From positions 178,562,001 to 178,626,000 of the forward strand of contig NC_086097.1 in assembly GCF_963921235.1 (NCBI RefSeq): a DNA stretch of 64,000 nt, given 5' to 3'. The notes beneath the pieces are model-generated. The model had not been told where the DNA came from and made no database searches. It saw only the letters and a program-made list of their open reading frames with translations. Position numbers and translations under genes: made by a program. Positions within the stretch are counted from its first letter, which is position 1. Each line of letters starts with the position of its first letter. Origin of the DNA: Mobula hypostoma (Eukaryota). Below are positions 24,780 through 36,971 of this stretch, one piece after another.

Positions 24780-25230
24780 ACCACTGCCCTTCTTCTGCCC
24801 TCCCCCTATTTCCCCATCCTTCCCTACCCTCCTATTCCCATCACCCTTTCCTTTCCATCAGTACAACACACACTACATCCTATCCTTCCCCATTTCCTCC
24901 CGTTCCTTCATTCTCATGTCCCTCTCTTTCCCTATTACATCACCTGCTCATCCATCTCCTTCCCCATCACCTCCTCTTCCCTCATTCCTACCCCTCTCCT
25001 TCCCCATTGCTTCCCTTTCCTTCATTTCCATGTCCCTCTTTCCCCATGGCAGCAGCTGCTCTGCTCATTCCTCTCTTTCCCTTTTGCCCAACTCTCCTCT
25101 CCCTTACCCCGATTCCCTTCTCCTCCCCCGTTTCCTGTCCTTCCTCTCCCCATGATCGCCTGTGCCACTCCTCCTTCCCCTCAGTCCCTCTCCTCCATTT
25201 CACCTACCCTTACCTCGCTCCATCACGCCT
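24780..25230. repeat. Pyrimidine-rich low-complexity tract
   Basis: C/T-rich; source of the P/S/F/L-rich ORFs. Confidence 0.75.
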
Positions 25231-25237
25231 CCTATGG

Positions 25238-26800
25238 TGAAGACACGCGAGGCTGCAGATGCTGGAATCTGGAGCAACAACCAATCTGCTTGGGGACTCA
25301 GTGGGTCAGGCAGCATCTGTGAAGCTGGAGAGAGGTGGTCAGTGTGGAGCCAGAACCTGCGTGGGAATGGGACTGTCGGGGGGGGTAGCCTGTGTGAGGG
25401 TGAGGGGCAGGGAGGAGGCAGGGGTGGCCAGTGATAGATGGAGCCATGTGAGGAGACAGATGGACAGACACAGGCAGGTGGGGGAAATGTAAAGGCAGGT
25501 GATGGACTGGTGGGATCAAGTGAGGGAGGGGATGGGAACGGTAGGTCAGGGGGGAAGAAGCCCAGGTGGTTGTGTGTGGGTGATGTCAGGTGGAACCTGG
25601 CGAGGGAAAGAAATGAGTGCAGGGAGGACAGGTGGAAGAAATGGGAAGGATGACAAAGGGAGAGGGGAAATTTGGTATGACTTAAGTAAAGGAGCATGTG
25701 ATGTGGGTTATCTGAAAATGGGGAATTCAGAGTTTGTGTTGTTGGATTGTATGAGCTGGTGTCCCTCTGGCCTTTTCCTGGCAGTGGAGGAAGCTATGGG
25801 CAGGTAGGCCAATGTGGGAATGGGAAGGGGATTGAAATGGCTTATGACTAGGAGCTCAGGATGGGTATTGTGGACACAGCAGTGATGATCTTCATAATGG
25901 TCACTTGTTCTAGACTTAAACATAGAGCATAGATCAGTATAGCAGATTGGCCCACCACAACCTTCTAACCTACTCCAAGCTCAATCTAACCCTTCCCTCC
26001 CACATAGCCCTCCATTTTTTCTTTCATCCATGTTCCCATTTTAAATCTCTCTAATCTGTCTACCATTACCACCACCCCTGAGTGTACTATCCATCAGCTA
26101 ACCACTCTCTGTGTAAAATAAAACCTATCTCTGACATCCTCCCTATACTTTCCTCCAATCATGTTAACGTTATGTCTCCTCATAATAGCCATTTCCACCC
26201 TGGAAGAAAGTTGCTGGCTGTCCACTCTATTGATGCCTCTTACCACCTTGTACACCTCTATAAAATCCCCTCTCAACCTCTTTCACTTCGGAGAGAAAAA
26301 CCCTAGTTTGTTTAGCCTGTCCTCATATTGAATGCTATCTAATCCTGGCAGCATCTTGGTAAATCTCCTCTGCACCCTCTTGAAAGCTTCCACATCCTTC
26401 CTATAATGAGGCGACCAGAACTGAACACAATACTTAAAGTGTGGTCTGACCAGAGATTTATGGAGCTGCAACATTACCTCATGGCTTTTGGTTTCACCAA
26501 TCAAATGGAGACCGCAGCAAGAGGTTGAAATCTGCCTCATTTTTCTTCCTTTATTCTTTTCCACCTGTCATCTGCCAACCTCTGTCTCTAAAGTCTCCCC
26601 TCCCACATTTGCTCTGGCTGCCCCTCACCTGGACTCACCGATCACCTGCCAGCCTCTGCCTCAGCCCTCTCTCTCACCTCTTAACACTGGCCATTTCCCC
26701 TCTCCTGGTGCAGGATCTCGACCTGAAATAACAACCATTCCTGTCTCCACAAGATGTGGCTTGACCCACTAGGTCCCTCCAACATATTGTTTATGCCCCC
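25238..26800. mobile_element. Old inverted Penelope-like remnant (- arm ~25238-25890, + arm ~26500-26800) split by a CR1 (-, ~25920-26490)
   Basis: Terminus gacacgcgaggctgcagatgctggaatc; minus peptide ISHFNPLP (GIY-YIG C-terminus-like); CR1 peptide SLVRPHFKYCVQFWSPHYRKDVEAFKRVQRRFTKMLPGL. Confidence 0.6.
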
Positions 26801-27249
26801 TGTTGCTCTATGCCTCTGTCACCATTGCCCTATTCTGTACTCTCCACCGTTGCATCACTCACCCTCCTACCCTCCTGCTCTCCCTTTGTGCCCCGCCCTG
26901 CTCCGAAAGTGCCAACGTTGAGAGATTTTCTTCCTCTCCCTTCCTCCTGGGCCAGTACACTGGGAGATATCACAGATTCCCATGACCTTTCCCCAAGCAA
27001 ACTGAAAACTACGGGTGAGTGTGATTAAACATAGGAGGAAGCGTTTAACTTTGCTTTGGATCTGGATCACCCACAGATGAACCTTTGTAAGGACCTGAGT
27101 TTTGCTTTGACTAGGTCCCTCTTGGTAGTTTGGCTTGGAGTGTGAGATCAGGTGGGATCCAGGGTGAGCTAGCCAGCTGGATACAGAATGGCCTTGATGG
27201 AAGAAATCAGAGGGTGGTATTGGGGAGCTGTTTCTCAGATAAAGATACA

Positions 27250-27510
27250 GAAAAAGATTAGCTTCACTTGTCCCATGTATAGCAAAATATTGAAACATAC
27301 AGTGAAATGTGTTGCTTGTGTCAACAACCATCGCAGTCGGAGGATGTGCTGGGGCCAGCCCACAATTGTAGGCATGCTTCCAGTGTCTACATAGCACGCC
27401 CACAACTTGCCCTAACCCGTACGCCTTTGGGACGTGGGAGGAAACTGGAGCACTCGGAGGAAACTCGTGCCGTCATGGGCAGAGCTACAAACTCCATGCA
27501 GACAGCAGAG
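27250..27510 (-). mobile_element. tRNA-derived SINE (V-SINE-like)
   Basis: gtgggaggaaactggagcac.cggaggaaac...acaaactcc...cagacagc, shared with several other copies in the window. Confidence 0.7.
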
Positions 27511-28269
27511 TGAATTGAATTCTTCACTGACGCTGTCAAGCATGTTCCATCCTCGCAGATCAGTGGAGGGAAGGGAGAGCGACAGTGGAAAGGGGGCAAA
27601 GCACAGGAGGGGAGGGATGGGGACGAAGGTGAAAGGCAGAGACGGAGCATAGACTTCGTAGTAGTGGTGGGGTGCAGGCGGTAGGCGCTGTGCCACAGTG
27701 ATTGTGCTGGATACCCTGTTGCTTGTCATGTATATTAACGACTTGGGTGAGAATGTAGGTGATGTGGTTAGTTTGCAGATGACACGTGTAGGCCAGTGAA
27801 GAAGGCTGTCTAATGTTACAACAAGATCTCGGAGCAGAGCATGGTGTGAACCTCTTTAGTGCCCCATCATTATCACACTGCTAGTAATCCGGATGATTTG
27901 GAAGACTACTTATGAAGCAGTATCAGTAATAGCCACCCACATGGCCACGTGGAGAATGTGAAAATTCCACACAAACAGTGCACAGAAAGGGGCCATTCAG
28001 CACAGCATTTCAATACTGGCTCCCGAAAGGGCAATCCCAAGTACCCCGTCCCCCTACGTTTGATCCCTGTAATCCTGCATTTTGTTATACTCTGTCGCAG
28101 GCCCACCAGTGCCCCCAGGTTCCTATTTACCTACGCAGGTGACGCCTGGGTTCGGGATTGAACCCAGGTCGCTGATACTGTGAGGCAGCAGCTCTACCCA
28201 CTGCACCACGGAGCTGCCCCAGGTGTTGCTGCTGAAACAACACACATTGCTCACCACAGTAAAACTAAG

Positions 28270-28830
28270 GATACAATGCTGAGGCATTACAATGCAATGG
28301 TCAGGCCACGTTTAATGTATAATGAGAAGCTTTGAGCCCCATATCTAAAGAAAGATATCTAGAGAGGGTCCAGAGAAGGTTCCCTGGGATGAAAGGTTTA
28401 AAATAGGAGGAGTGTTTGATGGCTCTGGGACTGTACCTGCTAGAGTTTAGAAGGACGAAGGGGGATCTCATTGAAAGGCGTAGACAGATTTGGCGTAGAG
28501 AAGATGTATCCTGCAGTGGGATAGTCTCAGATCAGAGGGCACAGCCTCGGAATAAAGGGGCATCCCATTATTAGTGAGATGAGGAGGAATTTCTTCAGTC
28601 AGAGGGTGGTGAATCTGTGGAATTTATTGCCATAGACATTTGTAGAGGCCAAGTCATTGGGTGTATTTAAGGCAAAGATTGATAGTTTATTGATTGGTAA
28701 GGAGATTCAAGGTTATGACGAGTGGCAGGAGTATGGGGTTGAGAGAAAAAAAAATCAGCCATGATTGAATGATGAAGCAGACTAGATGGGTCGAATGGCC
28801 TAATTCTGCTCCTCGTTCTATGGTCTTATA
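28270..28830 (+). mobile_element. CR1 3' fragment
   Basis: Same subfamily as 20490-21030 and 57740-58350. Confidence 0.75.
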
Positions 28831-29449
28831 GTCTGCATGTTTCAGAGTGTTGCTTTATCTGATGAACATATTAACTCCTGAATGTTCATTTCATTGAATT
28901 CAACCAATTCTTTGTGGCAAGGTTGATTCAGGCTGTTAGCTTGTGGGGTGACATGAAGGGAGGGAAGGAAGCTAAGACCCATTCCAGACCTTTAGCTACC
29001 AGGAATCCACACTGCACCCTCTTGGTGATGGAGAGCAGGGCGGTAGTCTCCTGATGTCCAGATGACCTCCCTCCATTGGCCTATGTCTTTTCTCAGCTAA
29101 GTAAAGAGATGGGAGCAGGCCCTGGCCATTCTGCCCCTTGACACTACTTCACCATTCACCAGCAACATGTCCTGGTCGAGCCAGTTAGAGGCACTGGTGT
29201 GCTTTCTTGGAGGTGGTGCCTTAGCCAAGAAAGCACACCACTGCCTCTACCTCCTCTACTTCCTCAGAAAGTTAAGGGAATTCAGCATGTCCCCAGTGAC
29301 CCTCACCAATCTTTGCAGATGTGCCATAGAAAGCTTCCCTTCCAGATGCTTCCAGGCTTGGTATTACAACTTCTCTGCCAGTGACCACAAGGAACTGCAG
29401 AGAATTGGGGGTGCAGCTTAGTACATCACTTAAACCATCTCCCCTCCAT

Positions 29450-31911
29450 GAACACAAGAGGTTCTGCAGGTGCTGGGAATGCAGAGCACCGCACACAAAG
29501 TGGTGGAAGAATTCAGCAGATCAGGCAGCATTTACACAAATGAATAAATAGCAATGTTTTAGGCAGGAGCCTTCATCAGGTCTGGAAAGGAAGGGGTAAG
29601 AAGGTGTGGAGAAGGGGGGCAGTACAAGCTAGCAGGTGATAGATGAAGCAAAGTGCGTGGAGGAGCGGGAATCAGGTAAGAAGCTGAGAGGAGATAGGTG
29701 GAAAAGGTAAAGGGCTGGAAAAAAGGAATCTGATCGGAGAGGAGAGTGGACCATGGGAGAAAGGGAAGGAGGAGAGGCACCGGGGGGTGATGTTAGGCTG
29801 ATGAGAAGAAGTTAGAGAGGAGCCAGAGTGGGAAATTGAAAAAGAAGGAAGGGGGAGTGAGAAAAAAAAACTGGAAGTTGGAGAAATGGATGTTCCTTCC
29901 ATCAGGTTTGAGGCTACCCAGATGGAATAAGAAATGTTGTTCTTCAACCAGAGAGTAACCTCATCATGGCAGTAGAGGAGGCCATAGACCGACATGTCAG
30001 AACGAGAATGGGGATTGGAATTAAAGTGGTTCGCTACTTGGAAATCCTGCTTTTTACAGATGGAGCAAAGGTGCTCGACACAGCTGTCCCCCAACCTATG
30101 TCAAGTCTCACCAGTGTAGAGGATGACTGAGCTATGCCTGATTTTTATTAGCTACATGGAGCAGTCCACATTTCACGCCTTCCCTGGTAATGCCTATTGG
30201 GTGCCTATTAAAGCTTGGGATATTGGAGCTTGAAGTTTAATTCTGGCTGTAAGGACTCTTTGTCTGTCACCCCACAGAATGCATGAGTTATCCCCGGGTG
30301 CTTGAGTTCCCACTCACTCCAAAAATGTACCGGGTGGGCTAGCTGTCATTATAAATTGTCTTGTGATTAGGTTAGAGTTAAATCGGTGTTGTCGGGGGTT
30401 GCACCTCAAAGGGCAGGAAGGGCCTGTTCTGTGCTGCACCTCTAAATAAATAAGTAAACTCTTTCTGCACTATACTGACAGTTGATTTGGTGTTATTTCA
30501 TGCATTCATGCTGATTTCATCTACTTTGCCTCCAACTTGCACCCTACCCCTAAATTCACTTTGTCCATTTTTGACACCTCTCACCCCTTTCTCAATTAAC
30601 CTGTCTCCATTTCTGGGGACAGAATGTCTATCAATATTTTTTATAAACCTACCAATTTCCATGGCTATCTTAACTGTAGCTCTTTCAACACTGTCTCCTG
30701 TAAAAATGCCATTCCCTTTCCCCAGTTCCTTCACATCTGCTGCTTCTATTCTCAGGAAGAGATTTTCCTTTCCAGAACATTAGAGATTCCTCCTTCTCCA
30801 AAGAATGGGGCTTCCCTTCCTCCACCATTGATGTTGCCCTCACCTGCATCTCCTCCATTTCGTGAACATCTGTTCTCACACCATCTTCCCACTGCCTTAA
30901 TAGCGATAGAGTTTCTCTTGTCTCCCCCTAACACCCCATAAGCTTCTGCATCCAGCACATCGTTCTCTATAATTTTTGCCATCTTCAGCAGGACCCTACC
31001 ACCAAACACGTCTTTAGCCACCGACTCTTCACTTTCTGCAGAGATTGCTCGCTCTGTGATTCCCTTGTCCACTCATCCTTCCTCACTAATCTCCCACCTG
31101 GTATTTATCCCTGCAAGCAGTAGAAGCACTACACCTGTCTGTTCACTTCCTCCCTCACCTCCATTCAGGGTCCCAAAGAGTGAGGCAGCACTTCACTTGC
31201 AAATCTGTTGGGATCATCTGCCATACCCGGTGCTCCCAATGTGGCCTCCTCTGCATTGGTGAGAGCCGATGTAAATTGGAGATCGTTTTGTTAAGCACCT
31301 TCGCTCCATCTGCAAAATGCAGGATTTCCCAGTGGCCAACCATTTTAATTCCGATCTCTATTCCCGTTCTGACATGTCGGGTCCATGACCTCCTCTATTG
31401 CCATGCTGAGGTCACTCTCACGTTGGAGGAGCAACACCACATATTTCATCTGGGTAACCATCAATCTGATGGCATGATAATCAGTTTCTCCAATGTTCAG
31501 TAATTCTCCTCCTCCGCACCTTCCCTCTTCTTCAATTCCCCACTGTGGCCCCCTCTTAACCCTTCTCTTCTCCTCACCTGCCTATCCCCTCTTACTGTGT
31601 TCCCCCCCCCACTTTTCCTTTCTTCCAGGATCCACTCTCCTCTCCTAACAGATTTCTTCTTCTCCAGCCTTTTGCCTTTTCTACCTATCACCTCCCAGCT
31701 TTTGATGTTAACCCCCTCTACCCCACCCACCTAGCTTCACCTATCACCTTCTAACTTGTATTCCTTCTCCTCTCCCCAACTTCTTATTCTGGCTTCTTCC
31801 CCCTTCCTTTCCAGTCCTGAAGAAGGGTCTCAGCTCAAAACATCAACTGTTTATTTACTTCCACAGATGCTGCCTGACCGGCTGAGTTCCTCCACCATTT
31901 TGTGTCTGTGT
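29450..31911. mobile_element. Inverted Penelope-like element (- arm ~29450-30120, + arm ~30130-31911), nested SINE ~30230-30455, 10-bp TSD, inserted in an L2 fragment
   Basis: Decayed GIY-YIG peptide HFTCKSVGIICHTRCSQCGLLCIGES. TCCCCTCCAT at 29440-29449 and 31912-31921. L2-like sequence continues on both sides. Confidence 0.8.
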
Positions 31912-32534
31912 TCCCCTCCATAGACTCTGTCTACACTTCCAGGTGACTTAGTAAGCAGCCAAAATAATCAAAGACCCCACCCATCCCAGTCATATTCATT
32001 CTCTGTCTCTCTTCCTCTCTATCTCTGTCTGCCCCCCCCGCCCCAATCAAGCAGAGTGATTGATGTCATGCCTAATTTTTGTAGCTTTTGCGGAAGTAGA
32101 GGCCTTGGTGTGTGCCGCCTTGGCCAGAGCATCATTATCACTAAGCCAGTATAGGTTCTTGCTGATAGTTGCACCTAGTAACTTCCATTTTATTCTCCCA
32201 GAGTCTCATGAACTGCCTCTTGATTTCACCATTCACACAACTAACCAGAGACAATTTACACAGCCAATTAACCTACCAAACTGCGTTGTGCAGAGTAAAG
32301 TTAAGGTGGAAGCCAAAGCCGAGCTTATTGTCTTCTGCACAAGTGCAATGATAAACTTACTTAAGCAGCATCACAGACTCGTAGCTTCAGATAAGCAGCA
32401 TTCATAAGAAAACATGAATTAAACATAAATGATGGCCAATTTTCACAAGAAAGAGCACAAAAAGATAAGTTTATTTTAGAGAAAACTGATCAAAGTGGTC
32501 ATGATGTTACTAAACTATGTTGATCAGGGTAGTA

Positions 32535-33456
32535 CAGGTTGAGTGCCCCTTATCCAAAATACCTGGGGGCAGAAGTGATTTGGATTTGGAATTTTTCGGA
32601 TTTTGGAATATATAATGAGATAACTTGTGATCACCATCATTTCCGTCTCTGAATTTATGTGCTACCGGTAAGCAGTGTTTATCTTGCACTTGTTCATCAC
32701 CAATATGTACTTAACAGTAAAAATTATTGCATGCCATTAGTATAATGAAAATGTGTGCAGGGTAACAAAAGCAGCACAGCAGCATCGGGAGAGAACCCGA
32801 ATCAGCTGTTGAACAACAACAAACAACGACTGGATTTCAGTCTCCATCTACGGTTCCATGTTTTGATTAACGGTTACAGTACACTGTACTTGTGTTTTAC
32901 TTTAGGTTTTATGTAAGGTATATGAACAATTTGTACTAGTGTTAGATTTTCATTGTGATGCTAAAAATATTTAATGCCATTATGTAAGGTACTGTATTAA
33001 AAACAATCAAGTTCGTAGATTTGTTCTGGTGCAAGATTTTCGTGACCAGCAGATGCTTTAAAAAATTAATGCCATGCCATTTCTTAAATTTCTGCAACCA
33101 GCCTGCTGAATTTTCACAATCACTTTCAATTTTCAGACTGTTGTGATAGATCTTAGCTTGTTTGATGATCAGCATACCGTTAAGCAGCATATGTTCACTC
33201 CGATGCTGATGATACACGATCGAGATCTTCAATTTTCACTTTATGCAGTGCTTCCTATTTTTCATTAACTTCTGTGCATTATGTATGTGAGGTGACTTCT
33301 CAGAACTGTCTGTAGTGTACAGGGACTTGCACATCGCCTAGGAATCTTCCCAGTGCCTTGTGAAATTTTCCATTTTGTGATGTCCCAAAAAAAAAGAATT
33401 TGGATTTCAGAGGTTTTCAGATTTTGGAATTTCGGATAAGAGACACTCAACCTCTG
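32535..33456 (-). mobile_element. Tigger/pogo DNA transposon deletion derivative (Tigger4/MER46-like)
   Basis: TIRs CAGGTTGAGTGCCCCTTATCC / GGATAAGAGACACTCAACCTCTG with flanking TA (32533-34, 33457-58). CENP-B HTH-like remnant RSEHMLLNGMLIIKQAKIYH...SAGWLQKFKKWHGI. Confidence 0.85.
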
Positions 33457-33759
33457 TAGTTTATGATTGCTTAAGTCAAGTATGATATTCTCCTAGGGAG
33501 AGTCTGTTGTTGGGTTCTCAGGTGACTGTAGAGTCTAATCCAAGATCCACGTATTCCGCTGCAGTGTGGGCAAGGGTATTTGGTGCCTGTGGTGAGTGGT
33601 TGGGTTCTCCGTCTCTCTTTTTGCAGCTGCCGCTTGTTCTCTGTGGTACGACGGAGTCTGTTCTCAGATTGAAAATAAAATAGAACACTTCACACATTTG
33701 CATTGCCAGTTGGTTCAAGAAATGATGGTTGAAGGGAAGTAGCTGTTCTTGAACCTCTG

Positions 33760-34770
33760 TAAGGGGAAGTACAAAGTTAATGGCAGGAGCCTTAATAGTG
33801 CTGATATACCATTAAGGGCCCTGCCATTGGGGTCCTGGGGTCTAAGTCCATAGCTTCCTGAAAATGGCTGCAGAGGTTGATAGGATGGTAAAGAAGATTT
33901 ATGACATGCTTGGCTTTATTAGTCAAGACATTGAGTTCAAGACTCGGGAAGTTATGTTGCAGCACTATAACACTCTGGTTAGGCTGTATCTGGAGTATTA
34001 CAACAGTTCTGGTTGCCCATTATAGGAAGGATTTTGAGGCTTTGGAGAGAGTGCAGAGGAGGTTTACCATGATGCTGTCGGGATTAGATGACAGGAATTA
34101 TCAAGTAAGATTGGACAAACTTGGGTTGTTTTCTCTGGAGTGACAGAGTTTGAGGAAATTCAGTACCCGATAGAATTTTAAAAGATTATGAGTGGCATAG
34201 GTTACGAGATTAGACGGCCAGGGACAAGACGTCTAATGGCAGAGAACATGTATTGAAGGTGAGAAGGGATAAGTTCAAAGGAGATGTGCAGGGCAGGTTT
34301 TTCTTACACAGCGTGGTGGGTGCCTAGAATGTGTATTCAGGGGTGGTAGTGGAGACAAGTACAATAGGCACAAGGATGTGGAGGTAATGGGGGGGGGTGG
34401 GGGAGATGGATATTGTATAGACAGAAGGAGTTAAAGTTCAAAGTTGATTCTGATGTTCAAAGTAAATTTATTTTCATATGTCACCATATACTACCCTCAG
34501 ATTTGCTTTCTTGTAGGCATTTGCATAGAACAAAAAAACCAATAAAAATCAATTTAAAAAGCTACAAATAAAGGCTGACAAGAATGCAACATGCAAACAA
34601 AGACAAATTGTGCAACTATTACTGATGATAATTAATAAGTGAATAAATAATACTAAGAAGGTGAGTTATGGAGTTCTTGAAAGTGAGTTAGTTCATTTAG
34701 ACATTTAATTACCTGTTTGGCACAACCTTGTGGACTGTAGGACCTATTCCTGTGCTACGCTGTTCCGTAT
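33760..34770 (+). mobile_element. CR1 fragment with nested L2 tail (~34435-34690), ending against the decayed exon
   Basis: Peptide HYRKDFEALERVQRRFTMMLSGL...RLDKLGLFSLE; tail ggacctattcctgtgctacgctgttccgtat. Confidence 0.75.
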
Positions 34771-34908
34771 GTCCCATCGATGTGAAGTAGGGAGAGCTCT
34801 TGGAGCAAAGGTCTGAAAGAGGGCGATGAAATCACAGCAGCCTGCTGCAGGTGTTCGATTCATTCACTGATCTCACTAAACAGAAGATTAATCATTGTCA
34901 GCTGACAG
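34771..34908 (+). pseudogene. ZNF521: Degenerate ZNF521 exon for zinc finger 1 (HSSLLQVFDSFTDLTKQKINHCQLT)
   Basis: 34833-34907 aligns with ZNF521 HSCDSCLQVFESLSDITEHKINQCQLT and is followed by a phase-1 donor ACAG|GTAAAC at the homologous position. There are in-frame stops TAG 34788-34790 and TGA 34827-34829, both Cys of CxxC and the His are lost, and the 5' side abuts a CR1 tail. Confidence 0.75.
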
Positions 34909-35329
34909 GTAAACAATGCTTAGTGGAATGTGTCTCTCGGCAACCTTAAATCCTCAAACTCTTTCATTCTCTCTAAACTGTTACTTTGAAGAGTTTTTGG
35001 AAAAGAAACACAACTCATTACTAACACTGCACTATGATGTCATAGAATTTTAGAAACCCAACTAGCACTTGCACTTGCTGTTGGAAAGTGAAGGAGATGG
35101 TACAGTTATAATTCTACTTTTGGGTAACTGCCAGTTTCATAGCTCACAAAATAATGTTGCATTGATGTTTTAACATTCAGCATTTGATGTGAATTACAGA
35201 CACTCATTGTAAGGATCTCAACTTCACACATAAGATTTTTCCCAGAGTTGGACTTGAGGAAGTTTCAGGGATTGGGACATGCTCCTTATTTTACTGTGAT
35301 TAAAATTAGCAGGGATGTGGAGAAGGAGG

Positions 35330-36870
35330 TGAACAATGGTATTGGTGAACTGCAGGGGAATGAAGAGGAGGCATACAGGAGTGAGATAGATCAGCTGTTT
35401 GAGTGGTGTCACAACAACAGTCTCGCACTCCATGTCAGCCAGATGATAGAATTGCTTATGGGCTTCAGGAAGGGGAAGTCAAGAGAATGCACACACGAAG
35501 GGGTCAGCATTGGAAAGAGTGAGCAGCTTCACATTCCTGGTCAGCAACATCACAGACGATCTGTTCTGGGCATCGCACATCGATGCAATCACAAAGAAGG
35601 CACAACAGCGGCTATACTTGGTTGGGAGTTAGAGGAGATTTGGTATGTATCCAAAGTCTGCAGCAAATTGCGATAAACGCATTCTGACCGGTTGCACGAC
35701 AATCTGGTGTGGAGGCTCCGATATTCGGAGACCGCAGAGGGCTGTATGCTCAGGCAGCTACATCAGTAGCACCACCTTCCCCACCATTGAGGACACCTTC
35801 ACGTGGCAGTGCATCAATTCATCGTTATGGGCCCTCACCAGCCAGGGCGTGCCCTCTTCTCACTATTATTATTGGGGGAGGAGGTACAGGAGCCTGAATC
35901 ATTCTCACACTCAGTGATTCAGGAACGGCTTTATCCCCTCTATCGGCAGATTTCTGAACTTGTTATTCATTCTTTGTTGCACTATTTATTTATTTTGTGA
36001 ATCATAGTGGTTTTTGTCTCCTTCCACTGTCTGCACGCAGTAAAATTTTATGTCATATAAGTCAGTGATTATAAATCTAATGCTGAATTGTCTGGCCAAG
36101 TGGCCTCCTGTAAGATATTCAATATGTGAGTTAGATACCTCTGGGCAGAATCCAGCACATTTTTGATGTGCCATTGTTTGAAAGTGAAAAACTGCAAGTG
36201 CTAGAAATCCTGAAATAAAATCAGAAATGCTTGAAACACTCAGCAAGTCGGGAAGCACCTGGAGAGGGTGAAACAGTTAATATTAACAGTTAAAATGAAG
36301 CTGGCTTCATTCAGTGATGGTAAATTGGTAACTGGGTTATTATTGTCACATGTACTGAGGTACAGTGGAAAAAAACTGGTCTTGCATCATTTAATTACAA
36401 AGGTACATTGAGTTTATACAAGGGAACACAATAACAGAATGCAGAATAAAGTGCTACAGTTACAGAGAAAGTGCAAAGCGGGTAAACAATAAGTTGCAAG
36501 GTCATAATGAGATAAACTGTGAGGTCGAGTCCATCATATGCATAAGAAATAAAAGCAGGAGATTGTCTTTTAATGTTAAAAAGTCTAGTCTTTGTACAAG
36601 CAGGATAGAAGTTGTCCTTGAGCATGGTGATATGGCTTTCAGGTTTTGTACGTTCTGCACAGTGGGATTGGGCAGAAGTGAGAATGTCTGGGGTGAGTGG
36701 GGTTTTTGATCATGCTGGCTGCTTCACCGGGGCAGTGAGATGTATAGACAGAGTCCATGGAGGGGAGGCTAGTTTCTGTGATGCGCTAAACTGTGCCCAC
36801 AACTCTTGGCAGTTTCTTGTGGTCACAGGCAGAGAAGTTGCCCTGTCAGGTGTCCAGACAGGGTGCTTTC
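35330..36870. mobile_element. L2-type fragments (+ ~35330-36085; - ~36320-36870)
   Basis: Peptide NEEEAYRSEIDQLFEWCHNNSLALHVS, typical of L2/Rex RT. Confidence 0.75.
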
Positions 36871-36935
36871 TATCAACACACATCAAAGTTGCTGGTGAAC
36901 GCAGCAGGCCAGGCAGCATCTCTAGGAAGAGGTAC

Positions 36936-36971
36936 AGTCGACGTTTCAGGCCGAGACCCTTCGTCGGGACT
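36936..36971 (-). ncRNA. Minimal hammerhead copy with core mutation (CCGACGA)
   Basis: Reverse complement is agtcccgacgaagggtctcggcctgaaacgtcgact; probably inactive. Confidence 0.55.

Noticed and set aside
28140..28220. tRNA gene-like A/B boxes on the minus strand (also ~62870-62940)
   Set aside because: These are SINE heads; no convincing cloverleaf.
32942..33232. TIGD/JRK-like host gene
   Set aside because: Short disrupted fragment lying between transposon TIRs.
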